DNA of 64,000 nucleotides from Dictyostelium discoideum. Taxonomy: Eukaryota. The first letter of the stretch is position 1; each line of letters opens with the position of its first letter. Positions 29,974 to 49,870 of the stretch are shown piece after piece. The stretch lies in the NCBI GenBank assembly GCA_000004695.1, contig CM000152.2:4160001-4224000 (forward strand), read 5' to 3'. Below the pieces are notes generated by a model, which ran no database searches, was not told the origin of the DNA, and worked only from the letters and a program-made list of their open reading frames with translations. A program made the position numbers and the translations under genes.

Positions 29974-31094
29974 TATATATATATGTTATTTATTTATTTG
30001 TAATTGGATTTTTTTTTTTTTTTTTTTTTTTTTGGGGGGATTTTACAACTTTTTTTATTACTTTAATTATTATTTTGTAAATAAAAAAAAAATAATAATA
30101 ATCCACTACTACTATTATTTATTTATTTGTTATTACTATTATTTTAACTTAATTTTTATTTTTATATTAATATTTGTGTTATTATTATAATTATTATTTT
30201 TATTTTTGCGTGTCCTTGATTATAATTTAACTATTTTGGTTAATCCCACTTGAAAATTTCAAAAAAAAAAAAAAAAAAAAAAAATAGTTGAACAAGACAA
30301 ATGAATTTTTTTTATTTTTTTTATTTTTTTTATTTTTTTCATTTTTTTTCTAATTTTAAACTCGAAAGAGTATCTTATCAAAAAATGAAATAAAAAATAA
30401 CTTTTTTTTTTTTTTTTTTTATTTTTTTTTTTTTGTCAAAATTTGCCCTAATTTGGGTCAAAAAATAACAAAGTTATAAATTTAATATCCCGGGAAAAAT
30501 TTTTTTTTTTTTTTTTTTTTTTTTTATAAATTATTATTTATTTTATTATTTTTAATATTTTTTTTATTTTCATTGATGATATATGTATATCATTTTTATT
30601 TTTTTTTTTTTTTATTTTTATTTTATCCATTAATTTGAAAACAGGAACTGTTTTTAAAATTTATTTTGGAAAAAAAAAAAAACTAAAAACAATTTTCTGG
30701 TAATATTACTTTCCCCTGGTGAAATCGAAAAAAAAAAAAAAAAAAAAAAATTTAAAAAAAAAAATTTTAAAAAAATAAAACATTTTTTTTTTTTTTTTTT
30801 CATTTTTAATTTATTTATTTTCACAGATACAATTTGGTATGTTATATACATATAATATATTTATATATATTATTATTTATTAATATTAATATTATAACAG
30901 CAATAATAAAACAAAAAAGTAATCAAAAACATTTATTAACATATTTAAATCTCTTTTTCCTCTCTATTTTTTTTTTTTATAATTTTTTAAATTTTTTTTT
31001 TTTTTTTTTTTCAAAATTTTTTTTTTTTTCTTTTTCATTTATATTTACACATAACACTCCATTAGTTTTTTTGTATATAATTTTATATTTAAAA

Positions 31095-31236
31095 ATGAAA
31101 GTTGTTTTATTTGTTTTAATGGCAATCATTGCCGTTTCATTTGCTGCCACTAATTTTGTTGATCATAGAAGTGGTCACATTGTTATCAAACCAACTGAAG
31201 TAAGTTTTCAATCATTATTTTTTCGAAATATGAAAC

Positions 31237-31267
<31 letters not shown>

Positions 31268-32891
31268 GTTATATTATTTACTAATACTTTTTTTTTAGTC
31301 ACAAAATTCAAAATTATTCTTAAAAGGTTCAGCTTTTGATAAAGTTTCACTTAAAAATATTAATGATGTTCAAGTTTCAAACATCATCACTCACGTTATG
31401 GGTCTCTTACCATTAAACAATGAAGAAGTTTCAGGTCTCCCAGCTGCTTCAATCTTTAACAAACCAAAATTAAATTTATTCTTTTCAGTTGAATCAGTTT
31501 CAAGTGGTAAGTTTAATTTTTATAATTATAATATGTAAATACATTTTTAAAAAGTATAACTAATTATTTTTATTTTTTAATTTTTTACAGATGATTTAGT
31601 AAACTCTAAAATTTTCAATTCAGAATCAATGATTTCAATTGAAAAAACTTTTACTCCACAAGATTTAATTTCTGAATTAACCACTATTGTTACTGGTGTT
31701 ACACCAAATGTTCATGGTATTGTTTCATCCAATTGGATCAATCCAACAACTGGTCATAAGGTTCATGCCTACGAAAAATCAACTCAATCATCAGCTGCCA
31801 ACATTGCTTACTTAGCCAATGCCAGTTTCAATGGTAAATCAATGATCATTTCATCATCTGCCGATAAGAAATCAGCTTCAGCCACTGGTATTCACACTGG
31901 TGTCTCAAGCCTCTACAAAGATGCTGATATCTATACCTACAGTGTTCGTCCATCTGGTTCAGTTTTACCAATTTTCGGTTCAAACGGTAACGATAAATTA
32001 TCATTAACCAACAATCAAGTTGAAACCATCATCTACAGCAAAGAATTCCAACAATTCATTTTACCAGCTGGTTGGAAAGCTACCTTCTCTCGTGGTATTT
32101 TCACCATTGTCGATGAAAAAGGTAATGTTAACAAAATCGATTTCGATCAACACGAAACTGGTTCATTCCTCACTGAATTAGTCTCTGTTTTCAATATTGT
32201 CAAAACCATTAAAACCAATGAACACTTCAAAGCCTTGGCTGCCGATTCAATCCCAGATTTCATTTCATTCGATTTTGCCTCCATCTCAAGAGTTCGTGAA
32301 TCACAAGGTGCCAACTCTGATGCCTTCAAATTTGCTTTGGCTTTAGTTGAACAAACCATTCAATCAACCATCACTCAATTATCAGGTGTCTATGGTGACC
32401 GTGTTGCTTGTGAAATCGTTGCTCTCGCTCCAAAACATGCTTTCACTGAAGAACAAATCGAAAAACTCGAATCCATCGTTGGTGAACATACTCATGATAT
32501 CACTGAAACCCTCCCACACATTTACGTTTTACCAGAAAGCAGTGAAAAAGTTGATGACATTTGCCAACAAATTCAATCATCTATCCCATCTGAACTCTCT
32601 GCCCAATGTTTCATTCATACTCTTCCAGTTTCATTCCTTCAAGATGCTTCAGGTTCAGCACCAGCTCCAACACAAACACCAGTCCCATCAGACAGTGATT
32701 CATCTGCTTCAGGTGAAAATCCAATCATTGCAACTCAAAATACCAACAGAATTGCTGCTTTCCAAATTTTCCTCTTCTTCCCAATCGTTTTTGCATTATT
32801 CATTGGTGGTGGTATTTTATACATTATGAAAATCAGTTTCACTGCTCAATCTGATACTTTATTATATCGTTCATCTCAACGTCAATATTAA
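31095..32891 (+). CDS. Type I membrane / secreted glycoprotein of unknown function (~537 aa); join(31095..31199,31299..31506,31591..32891)
   Basis: Exon 1 encodes a signal peptide (MKVVLFVLMAIIAVSFA) and ends at GAA|GTAAGT (phase 0). Exon 2 ends at G|GTAAGT (phase 1). Exon 3 contains ORF 31629..32891 with a single C-terminal TM helix (IAAFQIFLFFPIVFALFIGGGILYI) and a short cytosolic tail. No homolog recognised. Confidence 0.6.
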
Positions 32892-33115
32892 ATTTCTTAA
32901 ATAAAATAAAATTAAATTAAAATAAAATTTCAAAAACAAACATGTAAAAATAAAAAAAAAAAAGTATTCGTTTTTTCATTTTTAATTTTTATTTAATTTT
33001 TTTTATTTTTTATTTTTTTTTTTTCGTTTTTCTTTTTATTTTTAAACTTTTTATCAAAATTAATTTTTTTTTTTTTTTTGTTCTAAAAAAAAAAAATATA
33101 TATATATCTATAAAA

Positions 33116-34082
33116 ATGAGAAAAACAGTAAGAAAGAATAAACAAGTTAAAAGAGAATTAGCATTATTAGAAAAAGAAAAAGAAGAGATTGAATCATTTA
33201 CTAAAGTTTCAAAAACAGTAGAAAATAAACAATCAATTAATTCAAATTGGAATGTAACAAAAGAAAAGATTAAAAATAAAAATAATGCATATCAAAAGAA
33301 AAAAGAAGCAAAGTTAAAATTAAAATCAGCAACTCCTTATACAAGTACAAAAGTAATTGAAGAAAAAAAACCACATATTAAAGATTTTAATCAATTATGT
33401 CAAGAACATAATATAATTTCACCAATTGATGATAATTTAGTTTCACCAACTCAAAAAGAAATTGATAATTTGTATGTTTTTCATTTTTAAATTTAATTTA
33501 TTTATTATTAATATTAATATTATTATTATTATTTTAAAAAGAAATGAAAGTTCAAAATTTTTTTCAATTGATTGTAAAATTATAGAGATTGAAGGTAATA
33601 AAGGTACATTGGGTAAAGTTTGTATAGCAAATCAAAATGGTCAAATAATTTATGAGAAAATAGTTAAACCAATGGATAAAATTGTAGATTTTAGAACTAA
33701 ATTCACTGGTTTAACAAGAGATAAAGTTCAAAGAGAAGGTACAGATTTTTTACAAGTTCAAAAGGAGGTTGAAAAGATTTTAAGACATAAGATTTTGGTT
33801 GGTCATGATTTAGTACATGATTTAAAGAATTTAAAATTAGCACATAAAAAGAAATTATTAAGAGATGCAACTCAATTCACTAAATTTTTTAATCCAGATA
33901 CAAATTCTGAAGATTCTTTAAAATCAATTGCAAAACGTGAATTAAATTTCTCACCTGATAATTGGGATCCAAATGGAAAGAGAGATACTATCATCAACGT
34001 TATTTTATATAAACAAAACCAAAAAGAATGGGAAGCTTTTATTAATAATAAGTTTTATGGTCAACCAATTGATAAAAATTAA
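33116..34082 (+). CDS. REX4/REXO4-type DEDDh 3'-5' RNA exonuclease (298 aa); join(33116..33471,33542..34082)
   Basis: A basic N-terminal region, then after a phase-2 GTATGT intron the exonuclease core (FSIDCKIIEIEG...VCIANQNGQIIYEKIVKPMDKIVDFRTKFTGLTRDKV...LVGHDLVHDLKNLKLAHKKKLLRDATQF) matching REX4 (VAMDCEMVGVG...[37 protein letters not shown]...[26 protein letters not shown]). Confidence 0.75.
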
Positions 34083-34261
34083 AATTATAAAAAAAAAAAT
34101 AAAAAATAAAAATAAAACTAATTATAATGGTTTAAATCTGAAATTAATTTATTTTTTATCTTTTATGGAATATTTCCACCTTGTTTCACACTTTAATTTA
34201 AATTATGAAAATTAAGGTAAAACAAGCTTTAACCTTATTATTTAAAAGATTTATAGGTTTT

Positions 34262-34500
34262 TTTTTTTTTTTTTTTTAAATTAGATAACGCAATGTTTAG
34301 TTGTTTCTCCTTGAGATTCTAGATCTTTTAATTTTTAGTTAATTTTATAAGGCCTCTTTAGGAAAAGGGTTAATACTTTTATGTGTTCTGAAGTCTCATC
34401 TTCCCCACACTGTTGGTATGGCATGTTGTATATTTTTGGTAGTGCTTTCAGTGTGCATCTCCATAATAGGTCTCTCCCTTAATAAATTTGAGCCGAGGGA
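34262..34500. other. ~240-bp island of much lower A+T (~60%) ending in an A-rich tail, 27 bp upstream of tRNA-Ala; candidate 5'-truncated tRNA-gene-targeted non-LTR retroelement (TRE5-like) 3' fragment or an unannotated ncRNA
   Basis: It has no ORF, and its composition is sharply different from the flanking intergenic DNA. It terminates in gaagtaaaaaacaaaaaa directly upstream of a tRNA gene, the preferred target of Dictyostelium TRE5 elements. Confidence 0.25.
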
Positions 34501-34527
34501 GAAGTAAAAAACAAAAAATTTCATCAT

Positions 34528-34623
34528 GGGGATGTAGCTCATATGGTAGAGCGTATGGTTTGCATAAACAGCAACGATAATCAGAGTTCCATAAGGTAAA
34601 GGGATCGATACCCTTCTTCTCCA
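34528..34623 (+). tRNA. tRNA-Ala (anticodon UGC) with a 23-nt intron (34565..34587) between positions 37 and 38
   Basis: GGGGATG acceptor, TA, GCTC/GAGC D-stem, anticodon stem TATGG/CCATA, loop TTTGCAT (anticodon TGC at 34561-34563), T-arm AAGGG-ATCGATA-CCCTT, 3' acceptor CTTCTCC and discriminator A, followed by a T-run (AAATTTTG) Pol III terminator. The G3:U70 pair is the Ala identity element. A T6:T67 mismatch and A54 are unusual. Confidence 0.7.
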
Positions 34624-34648
34624 AATTTTGTCTCCATCATTTAAAGAT

Positions 34649-34666
34649 CACAGGTTCGACTCTCTG
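34649..34666 (+). promoter_or_regulatory. External B box (exB) downstream of the tRNA gene
   Basis: CACAGGTTCGACTCTCTG matches the Pol III B-box consensus GGTTCGANTCC and lies ~45 bp downstream of the internal B box. Extra downstream B boxes are a known feature of most Dictyostelium tRNA genes. Confidence 0.6.
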
Positions 34667-34900
34667 AGTTTATATCAATCTTAATGACCCTGTCCTATTC
34701 AACTTTGAATTTTTTGGTTCATACACCCTCGCTGATAACCAAATATTTATTTATATACCGAAAAAGAACTTTGGGAAAAAAACCTTTTTATAAATTTTAT
34801 AATACAAAAAAAAAAAAATAAAAATAACTAAATAAACGACTAGTATTTCTTAAAACCAAGTCTCACAAATAATTCATCTTAAACATTTTTTTTGGAGTTT

Positions 34901-39620
<4,720 letters not shown>

Positions 39621-39689
39621 ATTAATAATATTTTCTTTTTTCTTTGTTATTTTTTTTTTTTTTTTTTTTATATATTTGCCAAAGCACAT

Positions 39690-39732
<43 letters not shown>

Positions 39733-39949
39733 AAAAAAAAAAAAACCTTTATTTGAAACAATTCCAATATCGTTTCAGTTTCTTGTGAAAACAATTTTTT
39801 TTGGATTTGAAATCAGATCCTGACAAGTTTGATGGATGAAAAAAAAAAAAGAAAAAAAAAAATATGAAAAAATGGGTAAAAAAAAAAGGTGAAAAAAAAT
39901 GGGTTTTTTTTTTCCGCTAAGGAAATGATTTTTTATAAATAAATTAATT

Positions 39950-42900
39950 TTAAGCTTCATTCATTGTTTTTAATTTTTGATTTACGTTCTTCATAAAAGT
40001 TTTTTGGTTTTTCTTTCTGAAATGATGATAAATAATTGAGACAACAATGACGGCAGCAAAACCTACAGCACCAATGATAATACCAGCCAATTGAGCGGAT
40101 GATAAACCACCACCAGATTTTGAATTACAAATATTATTATTACCACCATCAGATTTAGAATTATCCAATAAAACAGAGAAATCTGGATCAATAATTGAGG
40201 AAACAGAATAATGTGGTATATCAATACCAATGAATGATTGTGATTTTGTTGGTGTTTTAATTGCACTCATTTCATTATCTAAAATTGAATTTGAAATTGA
40301 AACTATTCTATTATCAATAATACCTCTTTTTAATAATCTACCATAAAGTGAATGTTGATCAATTTGAATTTTAATATAATTTGAATCATCACCTGTACTG
40401 GTATCACCAAATTCATTAGCTGAACAAATTGAATCATCATTTGAATTAGTTTCAAGTTGTGCTGACATCACTAATTGTAATTTATTTAATGCTGAATTAA
40501 ATTTATATTTTGAAAGTTCAATTGTGTATTTAACAGATGAAGGATTCATTTTAATTGTTTGTTGAGCAAAAGTAATATTAGATTCTTTATCAAACCATTG
40601 TAATGTTACATTAACAATAGTTTGATTATTAATATCATCACCAATTGTTGTAATATATTGTTGAGTTTTTTCATTAATTTCTGTTAAAGTCCATTTTTCA
40701 AATCTATGAATTTTATAAACTGAATCATCAAATGTAATTTCTCTAATTGCAACTAAATTAATAATTGATTTAAATGTTATTAATTCATTTGAACCATTAT
40801 TATTATTACCATTATTTGGTATATCAATTGAAATAGTTGGTTCAGTAGAGTTTGGTTTTGGTTGTGGTATAATAATAACAGTGGAACTACAATCAATACC
40901 AATATATGGAGTAAAACAAATACATCCATTTGGTGTACATATTCCTTTATTTGCTCCACCACAATTGTTTTTACATAGTTGTGGTGAATTTGTTGGTAAA
41001 TTTGTATTTTCAGTAGAGGATGATGATGATAAATATGGTGGCGTTGGATCATAAAGTGCTATCCATGGTTTAATAGTATAAATATTTGAAGTTATATTTG
41101 AAGGTGATAATTTTGAAACTTTAATTGTAAAACTATTATTTGTTGGTAAAATATTTGAAATTAAAATTGCACTTGAATAAACTTTTGAAATAATTGGATT
41201 ACCATTTCTTTGTGCTTGTAAATTTTGATTATGGTATGAAAGAGTAACTGAATTTACACCTTTGAAACCTCTACCAAAAATCCATAAATTACCACCATTA
41301 CTATTAATATCTTTATGAGAAGTAATGATTGGTTTATCAATTGAATAAGTACTGATATTAATTGATGATTGGAAACCTAATAAATCTAAATCAGAACTTC
41401 TAAAACCAGAGAAATAACCATTATTATTAACTATACCATATATTGAAAGCAATGCACCATGTGGATATCCAAATGCAATTGGTAATTCAATTTCACAATA
41501 ATATTTTGAATCTTTAAGTAATTGAGATTTACACTGTAATAATTTTAAATCTCCACCAAGTATATAAACTATTGGGTTTTGATCATATTTAATACCACTA
41601 ACTGAATCACGAGTTTCAAAATTAAATGATACTGTTCTATTTAAAGAACCAACATCAATAATACCACTTGAAACTGTAAATGCTATTAACTCTGGTGTAG
41701 TTGTATCATCCCCCTCTGGTATACCACATCCTTGGAAATTAATTGATGTAACTGTCATTTCATCTAAACTTTTTATAAATGGATTGAATGAATCGAATTG
41801 ATCAGGGATTTCATCTAAACTAAATCTTGAATAACGTCCCATTGTATCATTTAAAAATACATTTGTAATAACATAACTTTGTGATTTACATGGATTTGAT
41901 GAATTAATTCTAATAGAATATTGACCAATGAATTTATCACCTAAAATTAAATCATTTGAAGATCTAATTTCAAATTCATATAATGATGAATCTATTGAAC
42001 CTCTTACAATAATTAAACCATATTCAAATCCATTATATAAATCTTCTATAGTAAAATCCCAACCAAAACTATTTACTTCAAATTCTTGAGTAATCTTTTT
42101 AAAAATTGGTCCATAATAATCCATATCTTTTTATTTTAAAAAATAAAAAATAAAAAAAAAATATATATTAGGTTGTTGTTCAATCAATTATTAATTATTA
42201 TTATTATTATTATTATTATGAATGAAAAAATACATACTTTTTGAAATTACATTTAATTGAGTTGGTAATAAATTATGATCAATTTGATAATCACCAAATG
42301 CTATACCATAAACTAAATTACCATGATAAATATTTGCATCAACATAAAAATCTGATTGGAATAAATTTAATGTTGGATTCCAAACTATTGGGAAATATTT
42401 AATATCATTTTGTAATAATGATTTCTTTTGTGTAAAGAAATTAATTGGATAATTATTTGGAACTTCATCTTGATCAAAACTAAAGTAAACTCTATTTGCA
42501 ACTGAAATATTTGAAACATCAATTTCATTAATTACAAATGAAATATTTTTTAAATATTCAATCTTATTTTCTAAATTTTATTTTATTTTAAAAATTAAAA
42601 AATTAATAAATTAATAAATTGTAAAAAATAATATTAATAATTAATATTAATGAATATATAACTTACTTGGTTTAAATGATGAAATATCAAAAGGTGGTAA
42701 TGTATCTGAATAGAAATAAGGTGTTGAAATTTCAAATTTTCTATCAGTTTGATCAATAAAATTTAAATTTCCTAATTTGGTGAAAGTATTATCAACTAAA
42801 ATTTCATATGTACCATTATAAATAGTACCAAAAACTAAACATTCAACACCACCTAATAAAGTATTGATTTCCAACACATAATCTTGAGATATAACATATT

Positions 42901-43862
42901 TAAATCCATTTTTACTTGTAAATTTAATTCTTAAAATAAACAAAGAACCTTCCAATTGTTCTAATTCTATTAATTGAAAAATTGGATTATCTGTCCAGTC
43001 ATCTAAATAATAATAATAATAATAATAAAAAATAATAAATAATAATAATAATAGTTAATAAAATAAAACAAATATCAAAAATAATAAATAAATAATAAAT
43101 AATAATATTTACTTGGAGTTTCTGAAACAATTTGTATTGGATTGGCCTCATCAATTATTAAATTTGGTGAACCTAAACCACCTGATTCTGGAGTTAATAT
43201 TTCAATTGAATAATAATAATTACTATTTTGACCAGATTTAAAGCCAAATGGAGATTTGGTTTTTACTTGATAACTACCATATAATCCAATATTCATGGTT
43301 TTAAAAGTATAATTAGCGCTGACCATATTATATCCTACTAATACAGTGCCACCTAAATTTAAATAATCATTTGTATCCATATTTTTAATTCCATTCAATT
43401 CGATCTCTATTCAATAATAATAATAAAAAATAAAAAAATAATTAGTTTTTACTTTTCCAGGATATTTAAATATATAAATATAAATACTTACCAGATAAAT
43501 AATTAAAATCAAAGGCAATACCACCTTGATTTACTAATGATGGTCCATCTTGTGATAAAAATTGAAGAGAACTACTAAATTGATAGGAATAAAGATTTGC
43601 TGGTAAATGGTAAATGTATGTTGTTGAACTTGTATTTCCATAAATTGGGAACAAATATGACATTTTGATGTTTCCAAAATTAATAGAATTTATTATCGAA
43701 CCATATGCTGATTGAAGTGGTAATAAATTTGAAACAAATGTAACTGCACTACCTAAATTTAAACCACTTATTACAACATTATTAAAATCATTTGGCCATA
43801 ATAAATAATCTGTAATTTTATCATTATTCTCTAAATAGAATTTATTATTATTATTATTTATT

Positions 43863-43894
<32 letters not shown>

Positions 43895-44240
43895 CTTACG
43901 TGTTAATAAACTATTTGAAAGGGTAAACGAATGAGAAGTTGAAGAATTTCCAATTTGAAATAAAATAATAAATGGTTGTGTAACATCTGGGGTTAAAGTA
44001 GAAATATTAACTTTGAAATAATCTGATTTTGAATCTTCTTCATTTACTACAAGTTTACAATCATAATTTGGACAAGTGAGCCCATAAAAAAAGTATTGGG
44101 CCTTTCCAATTGTGCTATTTAATCCACTAATTTTAATTAATGCTTGATAATTACCAATAAATTCTGTAGGATATACCTTTCCAACTAATGTAATATTTAT
44201 ATCTTCAATTTTAGGTTCTATATATATATATTTATTTATT

Positions 44241-44290
<50 letters not shown>

Positions 44291-44779
44291 TTTTTTTTTT
44301 TTTTTTTTTTTTTTTAGATTTAATTATTGTAAAAAATAAAAAAAAGAATAAAATAAAAATTTAGTAAATTATTAATAATAAAAATTAATAATAAATAACA
44401 TACCTAAACAAGTATATGGAAATTCCAAAATGGTTTGATTTAAATTATTATCAATTACTTTTGCAGTATCTGATCCAAATGGGAAACCGGATCCATTAGG
44501 AATTAAGGAATAGATAATAGTTGTTGAGTTTAGGACTTCGTATGGGTTTGGATAAAGTTGATTGGCATATGAAAAGATATAATCCCCACTGATCGAATCA
44601 AAATTTAAATTAAAATCTGTTACCTTGAAATAAAATGTAAATGAGCAACCAAGAAGTGAACCATATCTAATATTACCTTGTGGTGAATAATTTAATTTTT
44701 CTATGATATAACCATTTGTTTTATTCAAAACTATAAATAAAAATAAAAATAAAAATAATAAAAAAATTTTAATATTCAT
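39950..44779 (-). CDS. Paralog B: large type I surface glycoprotein (~1393 aa), tandem duplicate of A; 7 exons: complement(join(39950..42126,42238..42570,42667..43002,43113..43406,43492..43839,43900..44217,44404..44779))
   Basis: Signal peptide exon (MNIKIFLLFLFLFLFIVLN). The intron positions and phases are homologous to A. ORF 39950..42124 forms the last exon with the same EGF-like motif (CKNNCGGANKGICTPNGCICFTPYIGIDCS) and TM (LAGIIIGAVGFAAVIVVSII). The exon 1 boundary is uncertain by +/-1 nt. Confidence 0.65.
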
Positions 44780-45744
44780 TTTTAAATATAAATTTATTTA
44801 TCATAAATAAATAAATAAATAAACAAATAAATAAATAAATAAATAAAATAAAATAAACTAAAATAAACAATAGAAAAAAAAAAAAAAAAAATAACTAATT
44901 TATACAAAACTATATAAAAAAAAATAAAACAAACTTTTTTAAAAAAAAAAAAAAAATGCAATGAACAGAATAAAGTATGGTATACACGAACCCCTCCCCC
45001 ATTAATATCGGATATTTAAGAATATCTTCAAAAAAAAAAAAAAAAAAAACAAAGCCATTTTAATGAAATTGATATGAGGTTTGGGTTTTTTTAATAAAAA
45101 AAAAAAAAATTGGCAATCCATTGCGTTTGTTTTTGTGATTATTTTGGAATTTAAAAATAATATCTGAAGATTAAAAAAAAAGATATTTTAAAAAAAATTT
45201 TATTGAAAAAAATGTCTAAAAATTTTGATTGACAGGACGAAAAAAAAAATAAAAAAGTTGGAAAATTAAAAAAATGTTTGTGAAGGTTTTTTTAAAATAT
45301 TTTTTTTTTTTTTTATAATTTTAAAACTAAAAATTAAAAAAAAAAAAAAAATATTTTAAAAAAAAAAAAAATTCCAATTCAGATAATCACAATGATAATA
45401 GGGAATATCGAATAGAAATTTTTAAAATAGTGTTTTTTTTTTTAATTTTAAAACTAAAAATAAAATTAAAATATAAAAAAAAAAAAAAAACAACTTTCTT
45501 TTAAAAAAAATAATAAAAAAGTTACAAACACACACATTAAATTCTTACATATATCTCTCTTACTATACTATGTATCTTAATAATTCTTTTTAAATAACAA
45601 CTATAATATAGCCCATTGTTTAGCACAAGTAATAAATTTGACTATTCAATATGTATAATAATAATATATTATATATTTAGAAATATAAATATCTACATAA
45701 CACACCCAACAAATTGAAATTTTTTTTTATTTTATTTTTATTTT

Positions 45745-45786
<42 letters not shown>

Positions 45787-47202
45787 GATTGAAAATAAAC
45801 ACTTACAAGAAAAAAATGAAAAAAAAATAAAAAAATAAAAAAATAAAAAAATAATAAAAAAATAATAAAAAAATAAATTAATTACCACACCAGGTTGGAA
45901 TTAACAATGGTTTAAAATAATTTGAAACAAAAGGTCTAAATTAATTTAATAATACAAATAAAAAGAACAAACAAATCCTAATTCGAAAAAAAAAGATTTT
46001 TTGAATTAAAGACAACAGAAATAAAAATTAAATTAAAAATAAAAAAAAATAAAAAAAATATATTTTTTAAAAAAAAAATTTAAAATAAAAAAAATAAAAA
46101 ATAAAAGATAATTTTTCTGCAAAGATATCATTTTTTTTTTCTTTTTAATAAAAAAAAAGAATTTTTTTTTTTTTTTTTTTTTTTTTTTAGTTACCTTTGT
46201 TTATAAAAAAAGAAAAATCAAAAGCAATAAATAATAAATAATAATAAAAATAATATCAATATAATAATATTAAATCAACAATACATTTTTGTACTAAAAA
46301 TAATAATAATCACCTGTTTTTTTTTTTTTTTAGTATCAATTTTAATTAAAAAATCTTGATCACACCTTTATCTCAAAATTTTTTTTTTTTTCTTTTTTTT
46401 TTTCCCTAATAAAATAATATTTATTTCGCAGCACACAAACACCAGTGCAATAAAAATTTTATTCAATTTCCCTTATTAAATAAGCACACACAAACCACAC
46501 ATCAAAAAAAAAAAAAAAAAAAAAAAACTTAATTCTTTTTTTTTTTTATTTTTTTATTTTTTTTTTTTTTTTTCTTCTTTATTTTTTTTTTTTTAATTTT
46601 ACACTTAAATTTACAAACATCCACATCCACATACTCTTATAACACTAAAATACATATTCATTGACCTTTTAAATAATTATTTTTTTTAAAAAAAAATAAA
46701 AAAAATAAAAAAAGCCAATTGGAAGAAGTATAATTAAATTTTTTTTTTTTTTATTTTATTTTTATTTTTATTACTTTAGTTTTTATATTTATTTATAGAT
46801 ATTTTTATTTTTTATTTTTAAATTTCTATTTTTAAATTTCTATTTTTATTTTTATTTTTATTATTTTTAAAAAAAAAAAAAATAAAAAAACCAAATATTT
46901 AAAAAAATAAATAAATAATAAAAATAAAACCCCCCATTCAACAGTATTTGTAAATACTATCACTTCTGTTACCCCCATTCACACAAAACACACAAAAAAA
47001 AAAAAACAAAAAATAAATATAAAAATAAAAATAATAAAAAGTTAAATTAAAAAATCAAATAAAAAAAAAAAAAAAAAAAAAATAGACCAAGACCAAAAAA
47101 AAAAAAATAAAAAAAAAATAAAAAAGAAATCAATTAAAATAATATTAGTATTGTATTTATATATACATTTAATTAAACTATATTAAAACTAATATAAAAG
47201 AA

Positions 47203-49040
<1,838 letters not shown>

Positions 49041-49253
49041 TTCAATTTAATTACTTGAAAAAAAAAAAAAGAAATATTCATTGTATTCTTTTTATATATA
49101 ATAATAATAAAAATAAAAAAAAAAAAATAAAAAAAAAAAAAAAAAAAAAAAAGGTCGATTGCAACGGTTTGAAAACCGTGGTACTCATATCTATGTACAT
49201 TTAATTAAAAATTAAGAGACAATTTTTTTTTTTTTTCTAGAATATCTTTTAAG

Positions 49254-49287
<34 letters not shown>

Positions 49288-49838
49288 GTTTTAGGAGTTT
49301 TTTTAATTGGTGGAAATTTTCAGTTTGAAATATCTTGATAAAGTTTCTGTTTTCATAAAATATCACAAGTTTTTTTCATTAAAATCAATGAGATTAAAAT
49401 AATATATTCTTTGCATTAATTAGTTTTATAATAATTAGAGTAAAACTTTTATATTTTAAAATATCTTTTTTAATATTTTTTTTTATTTTTTTTATTCTTT
49501 ATAACAAACAAATTTCAATCATAATTTAATTGGATATTCCATTAAATTAGATTTGGTGATTGATCCAAATTTTTGAAAATGAAAAAAATTCAATGAATCC
49601 CCATTACCCTCACTTCTATTTGTTGATGAAGGTTGGCCAAAAATTAAAAATGAAATAAACAATAAAGAAAAAAAAAAAAAAAAAAAAAATAATAGCTTTT
49701 ATAAAAATAAAATTATAATAACAAAAAAAAAATGGTTTAAATGATATAAAAAAAGGGCATATAATTAATAATTAAAAATTAATAATTAAAACAGTTTTGA
49801 AAACCGTCTATGTGGATTCATTTAATTTTTTTTTTAAA

Positions 49839-49870
<32 letters not shown>

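Noticed and set aside
30834-31298. ORF extending 260 nt upstream of the signal-peptide ATG at 31095
   Set aside because: The upstream part is poly-Phe/Ile low complexity from an AT-rich promoter. The Met at 31095 directly precedes a canonical signal peptide and a GAA|GTAAGT donor.
34528-34623. Calling the tRNA a pseudogene because of the T6:T67 mismatch
   Set aside because: All other elements (A and B boxes, G3:U70, anticodon loop, intron position, terminator, exB box) are intact. A single acceptor-stem mismatch is tolerated in many functional tRNAs. It is kept as a gene with reduced confidence.
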